DNA from: a virus
DNA: 64,000 nucleotides
Direction: 5' to 3' (one strand)
IMG/VR virus record: IMGVR_UViG_3300044712_001292
Span: 39,000-102,999 of that record
The position numbers and the translations under genes are program-made. The notes beneath the pieces are model-generated. The model was given only the letters and a program-made list of their open reading frames with translations, was not told the origin of the DNA and ran no database searches. Below are positions 56,091-63,536 of this stretch, one piece after another (position 1 is the first letter of the stretch; the number at the start of each line of letters is the position of its first letter).

Positions 56091-57044
56091 TTAGCTGAGG
56101 ATCTTGGACAGGACGTCCGCGTCCGTGCGGGGCAGCGTCGGCAGTACGTCGATCAGCTCGTCGGTCGACATGGTCGACAGCGCAGGGGATACCGCCGCGA
56201 GGGCTTCCTTCCGCAGTTGACGTACGTCGAGCTCGTGACCGTTGACCAGCGACACGGTGTACCGCTGCTCGTGAGCCACCTTGGTCAGCTCGCTGGCGAT
56301 GAGGGCGTCACCGATGGCTTCTTCGGGCAGGGTGCCCGTGAAGCCGGCTAGGGTGTCGTAGGTGTCGACCGCAGCACAGGCCACCTTGACGAAGTCAGGG
56401 TTCGACCGGAGAGACGGGTCGCTGTACGCACTCTCGATGACCTGAGCGACCTTCGCGAACGCCTCCGAGTTATCCGCCTGCAGCGACTGCTCACGCTCGA
56501 TCAGCAGGTTGTCGAGGCCATCCTCGTCGAAGGCACCGAGGGCGGCGGCCTTCTCGAGGTAGCGCTGGACGTACTCGGGCAGCACCACGTGGTGCTGAGC
56601 CGCCTTATGCAGCAGGTGCTGGGCGGCATCGTGCCGGATGTCGTAGGGGAAGCTCGTACGGCTGTCATAGAAGGCTATGGCAGCCGTTGTCGTCGAAGCC
56701 GGATCATAGGCAGCGAACTTACGCACGGTACGCGCGCCCTTGGCGTCATTGATGTCGATGCAGACCGCGTAATCCGAGTCGGTCAGCTCAGGTACCGTCA
56801 TCAGCTCCGCGTACTTGCTCTTCACACGCGCACACTCGTTCTCGATCTTCCAGAACCGGGCGTGGTGGATGACGTCTTCCATCTCCGATCCAGACGCCTG
56901 CTTGATCAGGGCCTTGACGAAGGAGACATAGGTTGACTCCTTGGTGCGGAAGTCATAGTTGCCATCCTCCGAGATCGAAGCGGACTTGACGAAGTCCGGC
57001 GCACCGGTAGCGCGAATGACCTTGGCGACAGAGGGAGTTATCAT
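56091..57044 (-). CDS. K-x-A-rich hypothetical (head-associated) protein
   Basis: Likely start MITPSV at 57044; KSA, KQA, KAA and KVA motifs. Confidence 0.7.
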   Translation of the reverse strand: MITPSVAKVIRATGAPDFVKSASISEDGNYDFRTKESTYVSFVKALIKQASGSEMEDVIHHARFWKIENECARVKSKYAELMTVPELTDSDYAVCIDINDAKGARTVRKFAAYDPASTTTAAIAFYDSRTSFPYDIRHDAAQHLLHKAAQHHVVLPEYVQRYLEKAAALGAFDEDGLDNLLIEREQSLQADNSEAFAKVAQVIESAYSDPSLRSNPDFVKVACAAVDTYDTLAGFTGTLPEEAIGDALIASELTKVAHEQRYTVSLVNGHELDVRQLRKEALAAVSPALSTMSTDELIDVLPTLPRTDADVLSKILS

Positions 57045-59412
57045 GAGGCTAGACCCTAAGGCTATAGCTGCCCGTGTGGGGTTGAATGGCGAACGTCCTG
57101 TGCCTAGCATCGTAGATTGCCCGCTATGCCATTCCAGTGGGAAGTTCGAGATACGCTCTGTCAACTATGTCCAGTGCCGTGCCTGCGGATTCATCGGGGA
57201 CTTCCTCCAGATGCATGCCGCGGTTCGAAACGAGAGCCTTTCGGCGACGATAGCCTCCCTGACGTCATCCGGGCTGCTCGACATGCAGGGGACCGAAAAG
57301 GCGTACCTGGGGAACGAGGTCGTACAGAGTTGGCTTCGGGCGGTCGTTGAAGACGGGGCCGCTACCCTCAAGAACGGGGCGCCAGGCAGCTTTCTAGCCA
57401 TCCTGAGCCATTATAACTGCCGCCTGGGGGTTCAGATACCTGAATCGCTGTATCGGCACGCTATACCCCTGCTGCAGTCGCGATTCGATAATATCGAGTT
57501 CCCGCTCCCCGCCGAAGCCGATCCGGTCTTCCGGTGGTGGGGCAAGAACGGGGCTATCGCTCTGCCAACTTATGACGGGTCTCGTATTATAGGGTTCTGG
57601 TTAATCACCGTAAAAGGCAACAACTACCTCCCCATCGTCACAAGCAAGACAGGCGCTGCACTCGGCCGCATACCGTCGTTAGGGGACGACGCCGTCTTCG
57701 TGATCGATAACGCTATCGAGGCTCTGCGGCTGACCGTGTGGTCCTCAGTCCACTGCTCTCGGCCGTACGGGTTCGTCGTACCGGTGGGCCTGCAGGACGC
57801 TCTCGAGCACTATGCTGCCAAACGCGTCATCTACTGGAGCATGACCGACGACACGCGCTGGATCATGCGCTCGCGTCACTGCGCACATAACCTGGTTCTG
57901 CTGAACAGCTCCGTGGGTCGAGGGTCCGGTCCTTTCCCCTGCAATGGCGATTTCCCGCACTTCATGGATATCGTCAAGAACTCTGCGGTAAGCACCTATC
58001 ACGGTATTGCCAAGCACCTGCTCACCATCCCTCGTCGACAGGCAGGTGAGGCCATAGCCACAGAGCCGATCGAGCCTACGGACAGGGCCCGCATCATCGC
58101 GCAGGCTACAGGTGAAGATGCAAGGTTTCTGCAGCAACTGTTTTCATCGCAGTCGCAGACGGTCGTCGACTGGTGCGGTACGCCGGTCACCGAGACGACG
58201 CGCGGATGGGTTACAAAAGGCAAGCTGATCAGCGCGGTGATGTTCTATATGGACGAAGTGCGCCCGCACGACACGGGTACGGACGCCACGGTGACCGGGT
58301 CGGTCGTCTACGACGGAAAGTCGGTGGCCTTCCAGGAGAAGCTTTCGACGTTACGTAAGAACACGGCGCAGTGGCTTGAGAGCTTCGTCGTCAAGAAGTT
58401 TGGAGCTATCTGTTTCATAGAACGCGCATGGCGCCCAAGGCTGCTCGAACTGTCGCAGCGTTTCAGAAAACCGAACGCCGTTATGCCGGAACAGCGGTAC
58501 GGCTGGTCAGGCAAGACGCTGCGTATGCCGTTCTTCATCGTCGACGACAAGGACGTTACGCCATCATACGAGATTGTGGACGGTCCGCGCATACCGCTAC
58601 CGTCACCGCTGTCGGCCGCCGAGCGTGACGCCTTCCAGAGCGAGTCGTTCTGTAAGATATTCCTGATGCTGCTACGCAATATGTTGAAGGCCAGAGACGG
58701 GGCTTCACACGGGTGGCTCCTCGTGAATCAGCCAACGCTGATAGACCGCGTAGCCTACGCGCTTGGTATGGACATTCAGTTCAACCCGTCGGATGCGGTA
58801 CTGCTGATGCAGCGGACTGAGCCAGTCATTCGCCCAACCTCGTTGACCGATAGCGTCACGCGCGTACTAGCACAGCGGCCGACGCACGCGTTGATCAGCG
58901 TCGACACGGCTACAGCGAAGATAGCCCACATATTTCACAGCTGGCCTATCATGTCCGTCACATCAGCGGTCGAGTACCAGCCCCTGCGTGGTGTGTTCTT
59001 TGCCGTGCACCACAGCTTATCGCAGCCACGGACGATCAGAAACCACCGTGACTGCGCTGTACTCGTGTCAGAGTGCTTCGATGTGAAAGGCGCTCTGAAC
59101 TACGCTGGACTCGAACTCGATCGCGAGGTCCTGGAATCCGAACAAAGCACGGCGACTAAATTGATGCGGTTTCTCGTAGAGCAGCACCTGGCAGGGGAGC
59201 TGGAGGCTGTGCCTACTGCGGACGGCATACGGGTGCGTACCTCGGATGTCGTAACATGCGTGACTGGCACACAGGTTGAGGTGCCCCCTCTGAAGGACAT
59301 CACCCGTCAGCTGGCATCCGGGGAGTTCCTTGTTGGAAATACCGAGTCGGAGTGGGAGCTGAAGACCGCCATGTGGTCTTTCTACACCTCCCTCGTCATG
59401 GCTGCGCGTTAA
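57043..59412 (+). CDS. Primase-like protein with N-terminal CHC2-type Zn finger
   Basis: CPLC..C.AC.GD; degenerate Toprim-like VFVIDNAIEAL; SD GGAG before ATG 57043. Confidence 0.6.
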   Translation: MRLDPKAIAARVGLNGERPVPSIVDCPLCHSSGKFEIRSVNYVQCRACGFIGDFLQMHAAVRNESLSATIASLTSSGLLDMQGTEKAYLGNEVVQSWLRAVVEDGAATLKNGAPGSFLAILSHYNCRLGVQIPESLYRHAIPLLQSRFDNIEFPLPAEADPVFRWWGKNGAIALPTYDGSRIIGFWLITVKGNNYLPIVTSKTGAALGRIPSLGDDAVFVIDNAIEALRLTVWSSVHCSRPYGFVVPVGLQDALEHYAAKRVIYWSMTDDTRWIMRSRHCAHNLVLLNSSVGRGSGPFPCNGDFPHFMDIVKNSAVSTYHGIAKHLLTIPRRQAGEAIATEPIEPTDRARIIAQATGEDARFLQQLFSSQSQTVVDWCGTPVTETTRGWVTKGKLISAVMFYMDEVRPHDTGTDATVTGSVVYDGKSVAFQEKLSTLRKNTAQWLESFVVKKFGAICFIERAWRPRLLELSQRFRKPNAVMPEQRYGWSGKTLRMPFFIVDDKDVTPSYEIVDGPRIPLPSPLSAAERDAFQSESFCKIFLMLLRNMLKARDGASHGWLLVNQPTLIDRVAYALGMDIQFNPSDAVLLMQRTEPVIRPTSLTDSVTRVLAQRPTHALISVDTATAKIAHIFHSWPIMSVTSAVEYQPLRGVFFAVHHSLSQPRTIRNHRDCAVLVSECFDVKGALNYAGLELDREVLESEQSTATKLMRFLVEQHLAGELEAVPTADGIRVRTSDVVTCVTGTQVEVPPLKDITRQLASGEFLVGNTESEWELKTAMWSFYTSLVMAAR

Positions 59413-60409
59413 ACAGCGCTTTCATGAGCGACCGTGTAAACACTTCCGGGGTTCTGGCAGCGAAGGCTTCAGCGCCAAGGCATGTGCGTGTCGTATGACC
59501 CGGGACGTCTGATAGGAACGTTTGCAGCGCAAGCAGTATGTCGGTGGAGTTCGCCCTATAGCAGAGTGGGCCGTCCATCACAGCGTCATATGCCGACATC
59601 CCTATGGTGCAGTTGTACTGATCGGAGAATACCTCGTAGACATGCGCCTTGAGCGTAGCCGTCACCAGGTGTCTCGACAGAGCATATGCGACGTCCCAGG
59701 GCCAGTAGGTGCATGGCTTCAGGGAGAGGTATATGTCAGCGGCATCCCAGGCCAGCCGAGAGGTCGTGAAGGCGACGCGAGACGAATCGATGTTATGCAT
59801 GCCGATACGGGTCGCATGGCGCTGGTCCTCCGAACCCAACAGTAGCGCGTTCATATGCTGCGTACGTGCCAGCGCAGCACAGACACTATCAGCGTATTCC
59901 GCTTCAGCGAGAACGACGGGGGCTCGGTGATCCCAGTGAGGCGCGAGTAGCTGGCGTATCTCCGTGCGGTTTATGGTTGTATCGTGCGCCTCCGGATAAC
60001 CCCATGGTACGACCGTCGCAGCTTCCACCGTCGTACCGTAAGCTATGCCGAGAGCGGCACCCGTGAGCTTCGTAGGGACCGCAACGCGTTCCACCTTCCC
60101 CGGGCCGTACCAGCTCATGTGTTCAACGGCGACGAAGTTGGAACTGCATAGGACGTAGGCACCATACACGAGACTGGGGACAATGGGCTGCCGGTGCAGG
60201 AAGTCCGGGTCGCCAATAAGCAGAATATGTGATACCCCCTCCACGGGCTCTCCAGACTGTCGGCGTGAGCAGCCTTGGATACCAAGATCCTCACCGTTGG
60301 TGACGTACGATACTGACGAGAAGTACCCCCGTAGGTGGGGAGCGATGGCACGAGTGAAAACATGCCCCAGTGCGGGGGCCTCTACGATGCATACGGCGGG
60401 TGACGTCAT
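59396..60409 (-). CDS. Hypothetical protein, weak resemblance to a degenerate GT-B glycosyltransferase
   Basis: ADIYLSL..WPWDVAYAL..V; ATG 60409 matches the promoter spacing. Confidence 0.5.
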   Translation of the reverse strand: MTSPAVCIVEAPALGHVFTRAIAPHLRGYFSSVSYVTNGEDLGIQGCSRRQSGEPVEGVSHILLIGDPDFLHRQPIVPSLVYGAYVLCSSNFVAVEHMSWYGPGKVERVAVPTKLTGAALGIAYGTTVEAATVVPWGYPEAHDTTINRTEIRQLLAPHWDHRAPVVLAEAEYADSVCAALARTQHMNALLLGSEDQRHATRIGMHNIDSSRVAFTTSRLAWDAADIYLSLKPCTYWPWDVAYALSRHLVTATLKAHVYEVFSDQYNCTIGMSAYDAVMDGPLCYRANSTDILLALQTFLSDVPGHTTRTCLGAEAFAARTPEVFTRSLMKALFNAQP

Positions 60410-60414
60410 ACGCT

Positions 60415-60443
60415 TTACTAACCCCCACACGGGGTATAGTCAA
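60415..60443 (-). promoter_or_regulatory. Putative promoter TTGACT-17-TAGTAA, 5 nt before ATG 60409
   Basis: Same family on the minus strand. Confidence 0.55.
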
Positions 60444-60581
60444 GCAGTGTAATACGGGGGCGTTTTTGCACATGGCGGGGTACGGCGGAGAAACCGTACC
60501 CTCTTAGGGGGCTGTAGCCCATCCCCACCTCCCCCTGGGGTCTGGCAGCCGCGCGTAGGCCCACACCAGCCTACGGCAACA

Positions 60582-60629
60582 GTATACCCCTAGGAGGGGG
60601 TATACAATATAACCCCTCCTAGGGGGTAC
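60582..60629. repeat. Long imperfect palindrome with a nested alternative hairpin
   Basis: CCCCTAGGAGGGG (60587-60599) / CCCCTCCTAGGGG (60613-60625); GTATACCCC / GGGGTATAC. Confidence 0.8.
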
Positions 60630-60679
60630 CGTCGGGAAACAGCGAAATTGCTGCATATATAGATGAGGGTTGTACTAGG

Positions 60680-61440
60680 TATGACCTCTCACCGGGAAGA
60701 GACCCGGGCTGGCCTACCCCAGTAGGTTCCACAATCATGTGGCTAGGCTGCCTGCCTAGAGTTGTCCACAAGAGCGATGTGGAGTCGCCACCTTCCCAGG
60801 TATCGCAGGGTGCAACCCCCTGCTGGACCAGTATCTCGAAAGGGGTACTCACCGAGCCATCCGTCATGGTGGTCCCCCTGGCAGGGGCATACGTCGGTAG
60901 ATGTGAGGCGGTGCGATCCCGCTATACGAGGGGACGGGTGTGTCCCTCGCGTACATGGTACACCAGAACACGTTGTAGACGGGTTGAACGGCGTTGGCGT
61001 CCTGAGTGGCGACTTCGCTCTGAGACCATCTACTTCGAGGCTCCGGACGGAAGACTCCGTCTGACCTCTGTCCGATGTCGTAAGGTGTCGGCCAGGTTCT
61101 TCCAATCCGCAGCGGGTCATGCCTCTGCGGGGCGGACTCCCTTTAGGGACAGCAGACCTCGGCGAAAGATACGAGGCGGGCGCCATTGAGAGATATGGCT
61201 CCTGGCGGCTAAAGCCGTGCTAACTAAAGATGTAGCCTGCGTAGCGAGTCTACGGCACGCAGGTATTTCACGACAGAGACGGGCCACGCAAGATGCCTCC
61301 GCATGCGTGGGATGTGGTCGCGGATGCCGGTTCTGTGAAGACGCCGGAAACGTGCGCCGAGAGCACGTACTTCACTTGGCAGCGCACCGACCGCTCCGGA
61401 GGTGCTGTGACGTGGGTAGCCTAGAAACTACCCTGAGCGG
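60680..61440 (+). ncRNA. Candidate large structured non-coding RNA or leader (strand inferred)
   Basis: About 760 nt with no credible CDS and many short hairpins. Confidence 0.35.
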
Positions 61441-61463
61441 AATTCACTAAAAAGGAGTCCGAC

Positions 61464-61733
61464 GTGAAACACGTCACCAGAGCTATGGCCGTCGCCAGGG
61501 CGGCCCGGTGGGGCGTAGACCCCACCAACCTGACCGCCGCTCAGATTCTGGTGGCGGTCGACACTGCGAAGAACCGCTGGACGGTACTTCGCAGCGTGGC
61601 CCCCATGTCCCCGGAAAGCGGCGGCGACAGTCGCCCCGGGGATAGGACATTTAACTGGCGTGGTAGATCGTACCGCGTCAGTTACTTCCACAGCGGCGAT
61701 GTCGCGGGCATCACCGCTGTGGATGGGGATTGA
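61464..61733 (+). CDS. Hypothetical protein
   Basis: Strong SD AAGGAG, GTG start, 89 aa. Confidence 0.7.
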   Translation: MKHVTRAMAVARAARWGVDPTNLTAAQILVAVDTAKNRWTVLRSVAPMSPESGGDSRPGDRTFNWRGRSYRVSYFHSGDVAGITAVDGD

Positions 61734-61738
61734 CGACA

Positions 61739-61768
61739 CCCGGAGCCTGCCCGGGTTACCAACAGGCG
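61739..61768 (+). repeat. 30-nt pseudoknot-forming element, copy 1
   Basis: CCCGGAGCCTGCCCGGGTTACCAACAGGCG, 5 nt after a stop codon. Confidence 0.8.
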
Positions 61769-61931
61769 GTCCGTCGGGGGACCTTAAACCGTGTTAGGCC
61801 CGACGCGTCCGCCATCTGGCGGGGTCACATGACTGACTGTGGGGTGTACCCGCGGGTCGGTGAGGCGCCGGTACCGTAACACCGGGTTTCGCAGGCTCTC
61901 GGAACCTGCATGTTCTCGAAAGGAACATACC

Positions 61932-62957
61932 ATGCTGCAGATCGTCGGAATCAATACGGCCCGCGCTTGCGCCAAGGAGGGCAGCCTCCTAATCGGTACC
62001 CACTCGGGGCCGTTCCACGCCGACGAGGCCGGGGCCATCGGCCTCGTCGAAATGTACCGGGAGGCGTTCGCCCTCGGCGCCGTCGCCGCGGTGCGTACCC
62101 GCAATCCCGCGGAGCTCGCCTCCATCAAGGAGGCCGGTGGCGTCCTGGTGGACGTCGGCGGCGAGTATGTCCGCCCCAAGGGACCGGATCTCCGCGGTCT
62201 CCTGGCGGACCACCACCAGAAGGGTGGGGCGTGCCCGCCGCGCCCCAATGGGGTCCCCTACTCCAGCTTCGGGCTGGTGTGGCGGGAGATCGGCCCCGCC
62301 ATCTGCCGCCACACCATGGCCCAGCTTGGGGTCCCCGAGCTCGACGAGGCGGTCGTCGTCGATACGGTGGACGAGGGGCTCGTAAGCGCCATCGACGCCA
62401 CGGACAATGGAGCGGTCGATACGGTTGCGACCGTGAAGTCGACGGGGCGCCCCATGGCCCACTGGGGTGTCAGCCTGGTGGTGCACCAGATGAACCCGCC
62501 GGCGATCCCGGGCCTGGAGCAGAACTTTGACGAGGCCTTCATGAAGGCCGTCAAGTTCATGCAGACCTGCGTGGCAGCGGCGGTGGTCTCGGCCATCGCT
62601 GAGGAGGCCGCGAAGGCCACTGTCCGCAAGGCCATCTCCATCTCCACGGGACCGGTCCTCCAGCTCGACACCTATGTCGACTGGCAGGACACCGTGGCGC
62701 GTGAAACGACCGACGTGCTGTACGTGATCTTCCGGAACCCCGAGGGGACCTGGATGGTCCAGCAGGTGCCCAAGGCCCTGGGATCATTCGAGGGCCGCAA
62801 GCCCTTGCCGGCCGCGTGGGCCGGGCTGCGCGACACGGCGCTGCAGGCCGTCACCGGCGTGCAGGACGCGGTGTTCTGCCACAACGGCAGGTTCATCGCC
62901 GGGGCCAAGAGCCGTGAGGGTGCCCTGCGCCTCGCCAGGCTCGCCGTGGAGGCGTAA
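61932..62957 (+). CDS. myg1: MYG1-family (UPF0160, DHH-like) exonuclease
   Basis: THSGPFHADE, RTR, DVGGEY, DHHQ, SSFGLVW, IDATDNG, PLPAAWAGLRD, FCHNGRFI; SD before ATG 61932. Confidence 0.93.
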   Translation: MLQIVGINTARACAKEGSLLIGTHSGPFHADEAGAIGLVEMYREAFALGAVAAVRTRNPAELASIKEAGGVLVDVGGEYVRPKGPDLRGLLADHHQKGGACPPRPNGVPYSSFGLVWREIGPAICRHTMAQLGVPELDEAVVVDTVDEGLVSAIDATDNGAVDTVATVKSTGRPMAHWGVSLVVHQMNPPAIPGLEQNFDEAFMKAVKFMQTCVAAAVVSAIAEEAAKATVRKAISISTGPVLQLDTYVDWQDTVARETTDVLYVIFRNPEGTWMVQQVPKALGSFEGRKPLPAAWAGLRDTALQAVTGVQDAVFCHNGRFIAGAKSREGALRLARLAVEA

Positions 62958-62962
62958 CCCCG

Positions 62963-62992
62963 CCCGGAGCCTGTCCGGGTTACCAACAGGCG
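62963..62992 (+). repeat. 30-nt pseudoknot-forming element, copy 2
   Basis: CCCGGAGCCTGTCCGGGTTACCAACAGGCG, 5 nt after the MYG1 stop; 29/30 identical to copy 1. Confidence 0.8.
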
Positions 62993-63426
62993 ACCAGGAA
63001 AGCCAGGGTGCGACACACCCTGGTTGCCCACCACGGGAAGGTCCAGCTTCGCGAGCTGGCTGCATAACCTGCAGATCATAGCGCATAGGGCGTCAGCTCC
63101 CCGGTCACAGCTGACAAGGACTGTTATGAAGGCGGGAAACCTGCACCGGGGTTCTCAACCCCCGGTGCCGCCGTCAGGTCATACCTGGCGGCAGTTAGCA
63201 CCCCGTCTCTGGCGCCTTGAGCGCCAGTAATGGGGTGCGAAGAAACCAGGGTGGCAACGGCCCTGGTTTCTACACCAATACGTTGCACTTTTCACCTCCC
63301 CTACCAGATAGGTTGGGCCGGTGTAACAATCGTGAATCACGCGCCTTCGGGTTGCGTGGTCACACTGTTACACTGGCTCAGCGTATCTGGTAGGGTCGGT
63401 GTGTTGTGGGTTCGGCCGTTTTTTTT
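62963..63426 (+). ncRNA. Candidate ~460-nt structured ncRNA ending in a U8 tract
   Basis: Consecutive stems at 63001-25, 63043-59, 63092-115, 63143-68, 63170-92, 63198-238, 63241-71 and 63299-395, many with G-U pairs on the + strand. Confidence 0.55.
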
Positions 63427-63436
63427 ACCTATGAAC

Positions 63437-63524
63437 GCGGAATGCGCCTAGCAGCCGACTCATAATCGGTCCTCGTTAAACGCTGGGTCGGTCGAGAGAG
63501 GTTCGATTCCTCCATTCCGCACCA
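63437..63524 (+). tRNA. Atypical tRNA, anticodon CAT (Ile2/Met type), lacking a D arm and with a long variable region
   Basis: Acceptor GCGGAAT(G)/(C)ATTCCGC-A-CCA; anticodon arm GCCGA-CTCATAA-TCGGT; T arm GAGG-TTCGATT-CCTC. Confidence 0.75.
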
Positions 63525-63536
63525 CCAAGGACAACC

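Noticed and set aside
56959-57164. Track starts at 56959 (+) and 57164 (-)
   Set aside because: They would force a 200-nt antisense overlap; ATG 57043 has an SD and ATG 57044 removes the overlap
61330-61370. Hammerhead ribozyme (CTGTGA...GAAAC)
   Set aside because: Lacks the CUGANGA core and a consistent three-stem arrangement
60619-61450. ORFs 60737..61189, 60743..61186, 60762..61064 and 61217..61450
   Set aside because: Arg/Cys/Pro-rich, no SD, mutually overlapping; the region is better explained as non-coding, though a small CDS is not excluded
61739-62992. CRISPR repeats or attachment/IS ends
   Set aside because: Only two copies 1.2 kb apart with no spacers, cas, integrase or transposase genes; a recombination-cassette role cannot be excluded
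63437-63524. tmRNA or initiator tRNA
   Set aside because: Has a complete anticodon arm and no tag ORF; G1-C72 is paired and the anticodon stem lacks the three G-C pairs of tRNA-fMet
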